64,000 nucleotides of DNA, from assembly GCF_006345805.1 (NCBI RefSeq), contig NC_043009.1:51336001-51400000 (forward strand). The letters run 5' to 3'. Below are positions 1 through 13,386 of the stretch, piece after piece (the stretch's first letter is position 1; every line of letters starts with the position of its first letter). The position numbers were made by a program, and so were the translations under genes. The notes beneath the pieces are model-generated. The model was not told where the DNA came from and ran no database searches. It was given only the letters and a program-made list of their open reading frames with translations. The stretch comes from Octopus sinensis (lineage: Eukaryota).

Positions 1-2
1 GA

Positions 3-212
3 AGAACAGATAAAATCATCACAGATGCGTGTGCAACTCTTAGGGGTATTCGTCGAATTACCATCCGTGTGTTATCAGAAGATATACAGATTAGTTACGG
101 TTCAGTTCAATTCATTATCACTGAAGATTTGGGTATGAGACGCGTGTCTGCTAAGTTTGTGCCAAAATTGATTTCAGCTGACGAAGAAAACACTCGGGTT
201 GCACAAAATCTC
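3..212 (+). mobile_element. Mariner transposase fragment (HTH2/linker region), truncated
   Basis: Frame 3 reads RRITIRVLSEDIQISYGSVQFIITEDLGMRRVSAKFVPKLISADEENTRV, matching the mariner 'ISxGSxxxIxxxxLGMRRVSAK(W/F)VPKLL' linker motif. Confidence 0.85.
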
Positions 213-251
213 ATTGTTTGTGTTGTGAACGTCAAATAAAGCAAAACATAT

Positions 252-390
252 AATTCTTTCCAAAATTGGCACAAGTCCAGTAATGTTCAGGGAAGAGAAA
301 ATCCATTACATTGACCCAAGTACTAGGTAGGTAGACTATTTTATCTGCCATGAAACGATGAAAGGCAAAGTAATCGCAGCAGGATTTGAG
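252..390 (-). mobile_element. Degenerate family-A tRNA-head SINE
   Basis: Eroded match to the family core cattgaccc...gatgaaaggcaaagt...ggatttgagc seen in better copies in this window. Confidence 0.55.
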
Positions 391-729
391 CCCTACCAAG
401 ACATATAATGGCAAATGAGGAAATACAATTAACACGTGAAAGAATTATTTATAATAATAACCGGTAAACATTTTGAATACACAAACGGGTCATTGTCTTC
501 ATATGAGGGATCACCGAAAAGTTCTTGGCTTCAAGGGTATCGCAAAAGGCCTGATTCGAGGCCGAAACTTCCGCTTGAGAGAGAGAGGGGGGGAGAGAAA
601 GTGAACGGTGAAGAGGGAGGAAAAGAAATGGAGAAAGGGTGAGATAAGACACACTTTTGCCTATCTCCTGCCAAAACTCGTTTCTCCAGTGTTCACCACT
701 TCAACTCGTTAAGGCTTAGCAGTCTTTAC

Positions 730-807
730 CGTTTGTTTTTTAGTTTTGTCCTTACTGTCCTGTTTTTGTTTGTTTCATTTTGTTCACGGTTTTTTGACGT
801 CCTGTAC

Positions 808-870
<63 letters not shown>

Positions 871-950
871 CGGTATGTACATATATGAATCTATATATTC
901 ATATATATATATTATTTATATTATTATAAGATCGAACGCCATGCATCCAT
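730..950 (+). repeat. Family-P dispersed repeat (Penelope-type terminal repeat?) with internal (TA)n
   Basis: 'tgacgtcctgtaccca-(TA)n-attatttatattattata..gaacgcca(t/c)gcatcc' recurs at 52431-52780; the first part recurs at 36934-37075 (minus strand). Confidence 0.5.
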
Positions 951-964
951 TTCCGAGGTAAGTT

Positions 965-1028
<64 letters not shown>

Positions 1029-1506
1029 ATATATATATATATAAGGGAGAAAGAGAGAGAGAGAGACCGTTGTTCTTCTTTATAAAATTTGGATGGATGT
1101 GATTTGAATTTTATATTATTGCTATATCTAGCAGACACAGATGTTCCCTAGATACTGACTTCTAAGATATCAATCTACTACGTTGTCACCCCGTCAACAA
1201 TTGGGATTTGTGCTTAATGTTTATGACAATATGTTAAAACTGTAAACTACTCAATTAGAGATAAGTTAGAAAACAACAACACCATAACTAGAAAAAAAGT
1301 ATTCCAGCCAGCACACACTTGTAAACGTAACACTTGTAGTATACGCACACACGTATATTAGTAAACTATTGCTACTATTATTGTTGTTGTTGTTGTTATG
1401 ATTATTTTTGTTATTAACACTGTTATTATTTCTATCATAGCTGCGTCGAGTGAAGAGAAAAAATGTGATGAGGCGTGAAAGAGTGAACAGAACAATTACA
1501 ATAAAT

Positions 1507-1510
<4 letters not shown>

Positions 1511-1554
<44 letters not shown>

Positions 1555-1565
1555 ACACACACACA

Positions 1566-1597
<32 letters not shown>

Positions 1598-1781
1598 ACA
1601 CACACACACATATATATATATGTATGTATGTATGTTTGTGTATATATATGTATATATGTATGTCTATATATGTATATATATATGTATATATATATGTATA
1701 TATATATATGTATATAGACATATATATATATATATATGCACTTACATATATATAATATATATACATACACATTTTTCGATA

Positions 1782-1823
<42 letters not shown>

Positions 1824-2321
1824 ATTCTACGTATACACGTATACACACACTCACTCATACACATACACACATATAAACACGAAAGAAAAAAACGAGAAAA
1901 GAAAGTTAGGAATCTTGTTTTGTTGTTATCTAGGTTAGTTGGTGCTGCTACTGCTGCTTCTAATGTTGTTGTTGATTGTGGTTGTCATGATAATGTTTGA
2001 AATGACGTACTCATTGTTATTCGTGTTGTTGCTCTTGTAGTTGTTAATATTGTTGTTATGGGACTTTAATTCAATTTTCGATTCCCAAACGACACGACGA
2101 AGCAATCGCTAGTTATATTTATGACTCCTTCGTCTACTTTGATATATTGTAGTCCGTTACTAGTTACTGCATCGGTGTATGTATGCGCGTAGTTGAGCAT
2201 GTATGTATGTATGTATGTATGTATGCATGTATGTAGGTAGGTAGGTAGGTAGGTAGGTAGGTAGGTACGAATGAATGTAATGCGTTTATGTATGCACACA
2301 CACATACACACACACACAGAC

Positions 2322-2352
<31 letters not shown>

Positions 2353-2597
2353 AACAGTTATATATATATGTATATGTGTATGTGTGTGAGCGCGTGTAAA
2401 GATATGCATTTGCTTTCATAAATGAATATATCTAGTATATATATATAATACATACATACATGTATATATATTATATATATATATATAATATATATATATA
2501 CATATATACATGTATAGCTATATATATATATATATGTATGTATATGTATATATATATATATGTACATATATGTATGTATGTATATATATATATATTA

Positions 2598-2630
<33 letters not shown>

Positions 2631-2794
2631 ATATGACATATGTATGCATATATTTTTGTTCATATATAGATACATCACACACATACACACGCACATACAT
2701 ATATAAATATAATGTGTACATATTTATATACACGCATCTGTATATATTTTATTTATATTTACATATACATATATACTCAGTGAAGAACATAAAG

Positions 2795-2829
<35 letters not shown>

Positions 2830-2852
2830 TATATACATATATACATGTATAG

Positions 2853-2912
<60 letters not shown>

Positions 2913-2960
2913 TCATACAAACATTCATACACGCATACATACATACATATATATATATAT
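1511..2960. repeat. Compound CA/CT/TA/TATG/GGTA microsatellite field
   Basis: Directly visible; source of the [12 protein letters not shown] ORFs. Confidence 0.95.
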
Positions 2961-3660
2961 ATACATACATACATAAATACATATGCAAATGTTTGTGCTT
3001 GTGCGCGAGTGTGTGCATGTGTGTATGTGAGTGTGGTCGTCGTCTTTTCTATCGTCATAGTAATAGTGATATTCCTCTCTACGTCTATCTCGTTTTGTTT
3101 AATTTTCTCACAGCTCTGTCTCTGATGATTGTTCGAGAAGTTAATCACGTGTGCGAAAACTGTCTTGTAAATTACGACATAATTGTTTTTTCCTTCATAT
3201 TTTTTCCTACATTCCTCTTAATTTTTCTCTTTCTGTATTTCTTTATTTAATTCTACCTTTTTTCTTAATTCTTACTTTGACTATATAAGTCGCTAATTTT
3301 ATATATGATGCTTTACTCTCCATTATGGTATTACGTTTGTGGTTCTTTTAGGTGTTGTTAGTCTTGTGACAGTTTATTTTTTTGTCAAACTTATTTCTTT
3401 TTAATCTTTGTTATTACTGATGTTCATATCTTGACATTCTAATTGTAATTTTATTCTTTGTTGGTCTTTCTGCATTTGTTTCGCTGTTGTATCCGCCTTA
3501 TCTATCATTCTCTTTTTCTCGAACTTTTTTCCGCAGAAGCTCACTCTCTATAACTAAATTTCCAGTTTATTACCTTGTCTACTTCTGCATAAGATGTATA
3601 CGATATGGCTCATGTATGAAGCTCTTGTTCGATCTCGATTTTAGTAATAATATTGCTATT

Positions 3661-3850
3661 ATTATTTAATAATAATAATAATAATAACAACAATAACAAC
3701 AACAACAACAACAATAAGAAGAAGGAGAAGGAGAAGAAGAAGAAGAAGAATCACCACCGTCATCATCGTCATTATTATTATTATTATTATTATTATTGTT
3801 GTTGTTGTTATTATTATTATTATTATTATCATTATTATCATCATCATCCT
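3661..3850. repeat. Compound trinucleotide microsatellite (AAT/AAC/AAG/ATT/CAT)
   Basis: Directly visible. Confidence 0.95.
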
Positions 3851-3856
3851 CATCAT

Positions 3857-4023
3857 TGGGCGGAAAGTTTAGCGGCACTTTGTCCGACCTCACGTTCTGA
3901 GTTCAAGTTCCGCCAAAGCCGACTTTGACTTTCATCCTTTCTGGGTCGAAAAACAGTTATTACTAGTTGAGTACTGTGGTCAAAGTAATCCACTTACCCC
4001 TCCCCAAAATTGTGCCAAAATTT
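3857..4023 (+). mobile_element. Family-A SINE with 'ccccaaaatt..tgtgccaaaattt' tail
   Basis: B-box-like gagttcaagttcc, then gactttgactttcatcctttc core. Confidence 0.75.
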
Positions 4024-4028
4024 ATCAC

Positions 4029-4059
<31 letters not shown>

Positions 4060-4085
4060 GTTATCAACAAAACTATTATTATTAT

Positions 4086-4583
4086 ATGTTTGACTTTTGC
4101 TTCGTATTTGTATAAGTTGACTCCAAGTCTCACCCAGAGACATCAAGAGACAGCAAGTTACAAGTTCATGTTGGTGCTATGCCTATGGTGTCATATATTT
4201 TGATTTGCACATAGTATGTTTCTAGAGAATATTTAAGAAATCATAAGAAAATTTAAGTTTGTTTTAAAATTTGAGATTCATAGTATTTTACGTAGGATAT
4301 AGGCAGTTCCCATGAGCACTGTCTTTTGAATTTCTTCCATTTTGGGGTTTCCTTGTATATTGAGCTAGGGAGAAATCAACCTCTTTTGCTATCATTCCTA
4401 GGGCACCTTTGATAACAAGTATTATTTTAGTCTTGAGATTCCACATTTTTCCAATTTCTATTTCAAGATCTTTATACATGCTCAGTTTTTGGCAGGTCTT
4501 GACAGATACATTTATGTCAATTGGGACAGTCATATCAATGAGGAGGCATGATTTTTGTCTGAAGTCTTTAAATATAATGTCTT
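4086..4583 (-). mobile_element. R4/Dong-type REL LINE, 5'-truncated (endonuclease C-terminus and 3' UTR)
   Basis: Reads DIIFKDFRQKSCLLIDMTVPIDINVSVKTCQKLSMYKDLEIEIGKMWNLKTKIILVIKGALG (REL motifs D-I..ID..VP, KY.DL, GALG); (AAT)n on both sides. Confidence 0.85.
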
Positions 4584-4600
4584 TATTATTATTATTTTTA

Positions 4601-4693
<93 letters not shown>

Positions 4694-4760
4694 CATCATC
4701 ATCATTATAATCATCATCATCATTATCATTATCATTTTTATTATTATCATAATTATTATT

Positions 4761-4817
<57 letters not shown>
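4584..4817. repeat. (ATT)n/(CAT)n microsatellite between two REL LINE fragments
   Basis: Directly visible. Confidence 0.95.
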
Positions 4818-4820
<3 letters not shown>

Positions 4821-5273
4821 TAGTTTTATTTTTATAGCGTGCTTTCACTTCACTACCGAGCACAGCTCTGTGTGCCTTGTGTATGTGCTGTGATTTGTTG
4901 TGATGCTCCGATGGTTATTGTATGGAAAGTGTTCTGCGTAGGATGTGTGCAGTGCCTAGTAGTGCAATTTTCTGTATGTTATATGTGTTTGTAAGTCCTG
5001 GTGTTTTTGTTATGTATTTGTCTGAATATTTTTTTATCATGCCTAATGCACCTACTATGATAGGAATTGTTTCTGTTTTCAGGTTCCACATTCTAGTTAC
5101 CTCTATTTCCAGGTCTTTGTATTTTGAGAGTTTCTCTAATTCTTTTAGAGACACGTTGTCATCTGCCGGTATTGATACATCAATTAGAAAGCATTTTTTT
5201 CTTCATGATCTCTGACAACTATATCTGGCCTATTGGCTTTAATTTCTCTATCTGTGTGTATCGGCATATCCCA

Positions 5274-5274
<1 letters not shown>
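4818..5274 (-). mobile_element. R4/Dong-type REL LINE 3' end, near-intact endonuclease domain
   Basis: WDMPIHTDREIKANRPDIVVRDHEEK/CFLIDVSIPADDNVSLKELEKLSKYKDLEIEVTRMWNLKTETIPIIVGALG...LLGTAHILRRTLSIQ*; one frameshift in an A-run; (AAT)n on both sides. Confidence 0.9.
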
Positions 5275-5321
<47 letters not shown>

Positions 5322-5619
5322 TATTATTATCATTATTATTGTCATGGTGCGGAAACATCGTTTTACATTTCTCTCTGGAACCGGTTTTATTTAAGATTTA
5401 CCAATTGAAATTTTTGTTTTAATACTTGTGAAAAGAAGTATAAAAGCCGAAGGAAATGTTTTTGGTACCCGTAGGTAGACAGACGAAAAATCCATTTGTT
5501 TCAGAAACTTTTACAAATTTATTTGCACATATTACTTTTGCATAACCAAAATAGCTACTACGCTAAATTATATTATAAGACGAAATACAACAATGACAAT
5601 AAAGCAATAAAGTCAAACC

Positions 5620-6950
5620 TCACAAGTGTATGTAGAAAAGGAAGAAGTTTATGAAAAGTTTAGTGAACAATTAATAGACGAAAATGCCGAAGATGCTCAC
5701 AAATGTAATCCTGAAAAAGCCAGTCGTAATATGGACAATAACAATAACAGTTCGGTATTCTACAAGATTTAAAATATTGAGGTCAGTAGTTGTTTAAAAC
5801 AAATCTTCTTTTAGTAGGAGAATTAAGTTTTAATAGGAGAATTTAATAGAATTAAATTTTAATAGGAGAATTAAGTAGATATTTTAGATCTCTCACATTT
5901 GCAAGTTAGAATATTGGTGGCGGGATTTTATAAAACCAAAACACATTTTTTTATCTTTCTCACATGAAGTAATCCAAGATAGAGCAACGTAGCAATTAGG
6001 TGACAATTACATAACACTTTCGTGCTACATAATTTGGCTGGGATGATCTTTTGATATTTTTTTGACAATAAGTTTCCTCAACTCTCAAGAATCCTCCAAT
6101 GCATTGTCGCAGAATACAGAATTACAGAATTACCGGTTAACAGTGTATGTCTCAATTCTGGAATTCTCCACTCTCTTACGAAGTAGTTTCTCTGGTGGTG
6201 TGCTAAGTACTCTAGTTACTACAGAATTAATTATCTACACAAAACTGCCATAGGGGAATCATGTTATATGCATCTATAACACTGCCTTCAGAAAGTTGGA
6301 AGTGGATTACACTTTCTATCACATTGAGTAGTTAGAAAAAGCTTCACAGGGCACATGGAGAGAAACAATTTCGAGTGATAGAAGCAAATCTATGGCATTA
6401 TCTGTAACTTAAAGGGGACGCAAAAATAGACTGAAGCAAGCTACTGAATTGTTACCTTCTGAAATATGTGACCACGATGGGTTTACATATTTTTCTTCCA
6501 CGTGACATATTGCAGTGGACGGCCGACTTAGAGTTCGAATTTCTCTCGAATATTTTTGAGTTGGAAAAAAGTTTATATTTTTATTAATCACTGCTCAGTG
6601 TTTCTAATCCGTCTTATACCATTAACCATATAATTTGTGCCTTGGTTTATCGGTGAAAGTAACAGAAGTACCGTAATAAGAATATCGAAAACTGTATAGA
6701 CCCATGACTGGTAGTGATAATTGTGTCGCAGTACAAGTGATGGGGTCGGGCCAGTGTATTTTTACCATTAGGGTTCATATTATCAAATAGACGCAAAGGA
6801 CACTTGCAATTCCTGATGATCCTCCAAGGCGAAAGAGCTATACCAGACCCGACTCTAGTAGAAACCATTGAGACTAAGTGCATGGAACGGATGCTATATT
6901 TGTTGGAATATTTGGATGAGAGCTGAATTCTTGGAAGAGCGGGAAAGATG
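5620..6950 (+). mobile_element. Highly degraded CR1/L2-type LINE reverse transcriptase
   Basis: Colinear eroded motifs across frameshifts: SGGVLSTLVTTELIIYTKLP (about [22 protein letters not shown]), MLYASIT (LYADDT), TW...SDRSKSM (W..FN..KCK.M). Confidence 0.45.
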
Positions 6951-7674
6951 AAACAAAAACAAAATAGACGGTGGTAATGACGAGAAATAACGAAAAGAAA
7001 TAAAAGCCCCAGGTTCTATAGAGCCTCCAGTCAAAATTCAGAGGACAGCAAGTCAAAGATCTTTATTTTGAATGCATCAAATAGATAATCCATTGTAATT
7101 ACAGTTAAAAATTTACGAATGAGTCGTGGATAATTCCAAAGTGAAATATGAAATTAAAGTCACAGCAAAAAGAAAACTGAACATAAAATAATGAAACTAA
7201 ATGAGAAGCAACAATTTATTTCAAATGACAAGAAACTCCATCCACTGTAAAAACAACAGAGAAAAAATAAAACGACTATAAAGATAAACAAATTTTCACT
7301 ATTCTTTGAAAAGATCAAAGTAACACTTAATAAACAAAATATAAACCCCATGCAAAAATGAAGGCATTATAAGAAAACTTAAAAGATCTTAGTGCTTCAG
7401 AACATCAAAAGTCTTTAAAATTCTCAATGGTGCATTTGATTGCATTCCATAACAATCTCAGAAATAATTAAGTGAACGGTGTTGAGTGAACTAACTCAAC
7501 CTACCTAGCAATCTTTCATGTTTATTTCCTTTAATTATATAGTTTTAATTATTGTGTTTTGTTGTACAATTTAATTATTTCCGTGTATGTAGTTGGGAGT
7601 GTACGTATAATATGAATGTATGTCTATATGTGTGTGTCTGTGTATATGTGTGTGATGTGAATTTGTGTATGCAT

Positions 7675-7712
<38 letters not shown>

Positions 7713-7884
7713 GTATATGTGTGCATGCATATATAAATATACAAGTGTGTGTACATGTGCGTGTCTGTGTGTGTTCTAAATGTCTTTCTGTATATAGTGT
7801 AACCTCTTTTAGTCTTCCTTTTACTTTAGCTGCAATGAAGGCTTCATAAGTACCCCTGGGATCATTCGAGGCTAATACAGAAAA

Positions 7885-7885
<1 letters not shown>

Positions 7886-7917
<32 letters not shown>

Positions 7918-7927
7918 TACTACAAAA

Positions 7928-8017
<90 letters not shown>
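7886..8017. repeat. (TAT)n/(TAC)n microsatellite at the 3' end of a REL LINE
   Basis: Directly visible. Confidence 0.95.
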
Positions 8018-8890
8018 GAAGACGCCACACAGAATCCAAAATAATGATGTTGTTGACTGAAAATACTGTGAAGTCACAACAAGAACCTCAGGCAGACAGT
8101 ACTTTTTAAAATATGCGTGCAGTTCCAAAGTAATGCCGATTTTTGAAAACTAAACTTACATCGTAGTGTAAACTTACATTGTAGTATAAACTTACATTGT
8201 AGTGTATTTCTAAAAATGTTCAGATGTTTTTCAAGGTTGGGTGGTATTGAACCCAATGCTCCGATAACAATAGGGACAATCTTTATGTTTGACTCTCGTA
8301 GCTCCCACATCTTAGCGATCTGAATTCTCAGGTCTCCATATCTATCCATCGTTTCTCTTTTTTTCATGATAATATGTTGGTCTCCTGGCACTGCCTCGTC
8401 GAGTATTAGGCACTCTTGTTTGTCCCTCCTAAAAGTTAGTTTATCAGGCATTCGTTGGCCTAACACCTTGTCTGTCTAGAAGTCAAAGTCCCACAGGATT
8501 TTTGCCTTCCTCTTTTCCTTCATTACCTTTTCCGGTATATGTCGGTACCAAGCTCCCGTTACCTCGTACCCATACATCCAGCATAGTCGTCAGTGTAGGT
8601 TTGGGGCTAGTTTGTTATGTGTGCACTTGTATTCTTTCTGGGAAAGCTTTTCACAAGCAGTAACAATGTGAGTCACGTTTTCGACTCTCTTCTTCTGCAG
8701 AGGTTTGTTGTCCTTGTATAGTATAAATTCTGCAGAGGTTTGTTGTCCTTGTATAGTATAAATATATTTTCATTGAGTTGGTATTCAATGTCTGATCCTA
8801 GACAGTGATGATTAGGTTTTCAGCCTTCTTTTTTAGCTCACCCTTGCTGAGCGACCTCCATGATGCTTCATGGTCCTTTAAGTTGTTAGT
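8018..8890 (-). mobile_element. R4/Dong-type REL LINE fragment (pre-knuckle region, zinc knuckle, endonuclease)
   Basis: SWRSLSKGELKKKAENLII..DQTLNTN; ENVTHIVTACEKLSQKEYK.THN; WYRHIPEKV; MPDKL...LILDEAVP...RYGDLRIQIAKMW..IVPIVIGALGSIP. Stops and frameshifts present. Confidence 0.88.
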
Positions 8891-9129
8891 TTCACGGTAC
8901 CAGGCTTAAAAAATAAGTTCCGCGGTCGATTCGTTCGACTAAAACCTTTCAAGGCAACACCTCAGCCTAGCTGCAGTCCAATGAGTGAAACAATTAAAAC
9001 AAATGATATAATTACATGTATATGATATGGAAGATATAATGTTACACATATGTAATTACTTCTTGTCGTTTTTGGAATATTTATTCAATAGGTAGGCACA
9101 AACCTCAGGAAAACCACTGAGAAACTGGT

Positions 9130-10300
9130 CAGTAGTCAAACTAGAGTAGCACTACGAACCATCTCACGTTCTTAGAAATTACACAATTTCGGCAGATATT
9201 TTTAATGAACATCCTGTACATTTCCGTTGTCTGTTTATTTCTGTTTTCTGTTCCTTCTTTTGATTCACCGATTTCATATTGATCTTTCAAACAACGGTGA
9301 AGACTTACAGAAATATTAGACACTGTATGTTGTTCATTATTAAAACTTGTAGATTCTGATCTTCTGATTCTGTTCTTTTTACATATTGCTTCTTTTATAT
9401 TTAACATCAAGAAGTTTCGGCGATCCATGCTGTGCGGTGTTGTTTCGGAGTTCAAAGGTAGGTTTGCTACAGAGAGCCACTTTTATATCTTAATGTTACT
9501 TTCCTACTCGATACATTGCTTGGCTTCACAAAATAAAACATTTCTCATATATGACTGTTTCTTATGGCGAAATGTTTGTTGCTGTTACTCTTCTTTAGAT
9601 TTCATTATAGCTCTGATTACGGAAACCATGCCAAATACGTTTAATTTTTAATAATTATGTTATATTTTCAGACAATCTAGCTAGAATTAAGTTGCCCGGC
9701 TGTACGTTTAAGACGAATTTAATTTGATATTCGAGAGAATTTATTGTTATTCATAGCAGGTCGTGATACCACCTAGAAATAGCAAGCAACAGCATATGAT
9801 CTTCCTTGCTGGCGTTTGTTAATGAGACTGTTGTTTTGCGAATTTTAAGTAAAGCCACATCGCAGGAGTCGAACCAACTGAAGTTCTGGCTGTGTCATCA
9901 TCTGTCTGATACTCTTCATTAGAGTTGTTTCTTCTTTTTCTTCTTTGTTCATGGATTATATTGGAATCAAACTGGTTCTTCTGGCGTGAAAACTCTCTTA
10001 AATAACAAGCTTAGCATGTGCATCATTTTGTCCACGCTAACGTCTATCAGCTTCGTGAAATATTTTATGAAAGAAAAGATAAAGTGTCAGTCCCTTTCTG
10101 TTCAAATTACCATTTTCTAAGTTTTGTCATTCATTCCTCATTATAATCAGGCACTTGCATGAACGTTTCTGACACGCATATTCCAAACTGTCGTAGTTCT
10201 TCCATTATACCTCTGAAAGGAAACCTGCATTTACAAATCTAAAAGAGAGCACCTATTTCATGTTCTTTAGGTGTGACAAGATTTCTTTCATATCTCTCCT
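9130..10300 (-). mobile_element. Possible degraded CR1-type ORF2 N-terminus (AP endonuclease and linker)
   Basis: Eroded motifs in expected order: NAG...EEL..GICVSET, RKGLTLY, Q...TPAR.....LLF (PTR..LDL.F), WIAE (PWIT), IKN..RN..(SK). Confidence 0.35.
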
Positions 10301-12524
10301 GGGTGTCTTTTCAAGTCATTTATCTGATGAGAAATGCATTTTAAACGCAAGTTTCTCTTTTGTATTTCATCAATATTCTTTGGGGAGAAGCCTTCTCCGT
10401 TTCCTGATAAAATACAATCGTACATCTTACCATTTGTTGACGACAATCATGTTCAGTTGTAATTGTAACGCTACACATAGGTTGTCTGAAAATATATAAT
10501 TTCTCTGTCATCTATTGTTGTTGCTGTTGTTATTTTTGCAGCTCTGTTGCCACTATTACAATTATGTCAATGACTCTTCATTACAATTAACGGTTTTGCT
10601 ATTATTGATCATGTGCACAGTTTTGTTGGTATTCTTAAATAGCAAAAATGTCCGGTATAACAATTATAATTGGAATTATTGCTGCTATTTTGGCAATTCT
10701 TTATAGCGCACAAAATTCGCCTCATTGCTGTTCCCTTCATATAAAGGACAAAGTCAGCTAGATATTGTTATGGGAATTCATTCGAATCTTCACTCTCGTA
10801 AAACATGCAAAAATGAATTTATTATGTATGAAGGCAAGAATGCATGGACATTTACAAAAAATTCTTTCCCTAAACGAGAGAAGCACAAACAAATTAACTT
10901 GAAAGTCACAGAGAAACAGCTTCATCACACAAACCTTACCGAAATCTTCCACATCTATAAAGGTTATTTCTAAAATTGAAATAATAATAGATAATTTGTG
11001 GAAGGTAGAAGAGGATCAAATAGACCCCACAGAGGAGAACTTATGTCAAGCAGATGCAACATTGGTAGAACTTGAGCTCAATGTAAATGTAAGTAAATAA
11101 ATAGTGTAGCAATATAATTTACTCTGATAACGATACAGTTACACGTTTCAGTAATCATTGACTTTAATGAAGACTCAATGGTAGAGATTTTAGAGAATTG
11201 GGTGTATAGATAACATCCACAGTACGTAAATGGTACCTTATTTTAACCACTGTGGACTGATGGAAGGCGGATTTGTCCTCGTCGAGATTTGAATATCAAC
11301 ATAGTGAGGAGGAATAAATAACGCAAAGCTTCTTTCTGAAGCGCCAACGATTCTGATAAGCCTCTGCCCTCACGTTTTACTACTGCTAATAATAAAGCTT
11401 TTCATTTGCTTTCTTTAGAGACAGCACATGGAGAAATTGAGAAATAGAGAAAAAAACTACCCCAACAAGATAAAAGAACTATGTATTATAGAATATACAT
11501 TATATATATAAAGAAGAAATTAGCAATATCCATAGAGGGACAGCAATAAAATAACAAAAAGAAAATTAGTAACGAAAACAAAATATAGCGGATATCCACC
11601 TAATTAGAAGCAACTAGATATGATGATCAGAATAATCTACACAAAACCCTCAGTTACCTTAAAAATAAATTTCCTCCTATAATCTTTCCGTTTAGCTATA
11701 AAAATATTACAAATCGCCTTCCTTTAGAATAATACGCTAGTCTTTTACAGGGTTAATCACCAGCTATTGCTGGTACTCATTGTCAACTAAATGGAGTGGG
11801 GCAAAGTGAAATGAAATCCTCTCCTCGAAACTAAAATGTGCCAAATTGAAGTGGAAAGTGAATTCACAACCATACATTGTTGATTCCTGCACATTTACGA
11901 ATTACCCACGCGCCTTCACTATATATCGAAGACGTAGCAAGGAATGTAAAATCGTTGAACTTCGACATATCGAAACTAGGTAAATTCTGGCCTCAAAAGC
12001 TAATGAGCGGAGTTACATATGCTATGTGTCATTTCCCGTCCATTAATTGTTTCGCTACTTTATTCCTGGCAACATTATCATCCTACAGTTACTACTCATC
12101 TATCGCCGTTATCTTGTCTCTATATCGCCAATCTCTATTTTCCTTCATCACTATAATCCTCATAATTCCTTTGATATTTCTACTATTTCTTGCAGGTCTT
12201 AATTATCGATTCTCCTTTTCTCCTTTTTTTTATTAGCTCAATTCCACAATTCCTCTTCTTTCTGCCTGTTCCTCACCCGGAACGTTCCTTTTATACATCG
12301 CGCCACATCTAATGATTGTAATCAGGGCTAATTCAAAAATACCTTTCTTTCCTTCATTATCATTTCTATAGAAAATGATAATCAATATAGAAAAGAAGTG
12401 TTTTTCCTACAATCCTTTGTGCTGGCCCTCGGTAATTTTGTTCATTTCTCTGCTTTGTAGTAAGAGTACAGTCTCTAGCCCCACCACCTCTGTCTGTCTG
12501 TCTCTCTCTATTTCAAGCCTTGGT

Positions 12525-12890
12525 TTCAAATTTCAGGCTTTGTACCTATTCTAGAAAGGATTACTGGTTTCAAATTTTGGCCTAAGACCAGCAATTTCGA
12601 GGAAGGGTGTAAATCGATTACATCGACCCCCACAGCTAAGCAGCTACATATTTTATCGAATTGAAAGAGACGAAAGACAAAGCCGCCTTAATAAGAAAAA
12701 AATATTGCAGTCTATTATAAGGTGGGGAGCTAGCCGAATCGGTAGAGGCCGGACAGAATGGTTAGCAGCATTCCGTCGGACAATACGAGCTGAGTTCAAA
12801 TTTCGCTCGATTAAATAAATCCCAGTTGAGCTCTGATGTTGATGTAATGCCCCAGGAAATTGGTGACCTAGTGCCGAAATCTGAAATCAA
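12525..12890. mobile_element. Two degenerate family-A SINEs in opposite orientation
   Basis: 12525-12690 (minus; tttcaaattttggc..aatcgattacatcgacccc) and 12720-12890 (plus; ggggagctagc..gagttcaaatt). Confidence 0.5.
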
Positions 12891-12959
12891 TAATGTTTGT
12901 TATGAAAGGCCGAAACATATCATCACACTTCTGCTCCAAGGTCACTGACGTAATTCCAT

Positions 12960-13386
12960 TTCATTATTTCACACAAGTTTGTTACACATCGCTGGTCACA
13001 ATGCATTCGCATTGTTTTAGCCTTCGACGCCACCCCGCTGGCTAAGCGAGCAGGCCAACAGAAGAAAGAGTGAGAGGAGGAGTGGAGAAAGACTACAGCA
13101 GGGATCACCAGCCCCTGCCGGAGCCTCGTGGAGCTTTTTAGGTTTTCAGTGGTTAGGGCATCGGATTCGCGGTCGTAGGATCGCGGTGTGTTTATTGAGC
13201 GAAAAAACCTAAAAAGCTCCACGAGGCTCCGGCGGGGGGTGGTGATCCTTGCTGTACTCTTTCTCCACTCCTCCTCTCACTCTTTCTTCTGTTGGCCTGC
13301 TCGCTTCGCCAGCGGGGTGGCGTCGAAGGCTAAAACAATGCGAATGCATTGTGACCAGCGATGTGTAACAAACTTGTGTGAAATAA

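Noticed and set aside
502-570. ggcct-gattcg-aggcc-GAAAC stem resembling half a hammerhead
   Set aside because: No CUGANGA upstream; context (tatgaggg..aaaagttcttggct) looks like a mariner terminal fragment.
2510-3250. 246-aa ORF and the many YIYI/HTHT/VCVC ORFs
   Set aside because: Translations of dinucleotide and tetranucleotide microsatellites.
10648-10761. 37-aa hydrophobic ORF MSGITIIIGIIAAILAILYSAQNS...
   Set aside because: Lies in decayed ATT/GCT triplet sequence that yields Ile/Ala runs; no other support for a secreted peptide.
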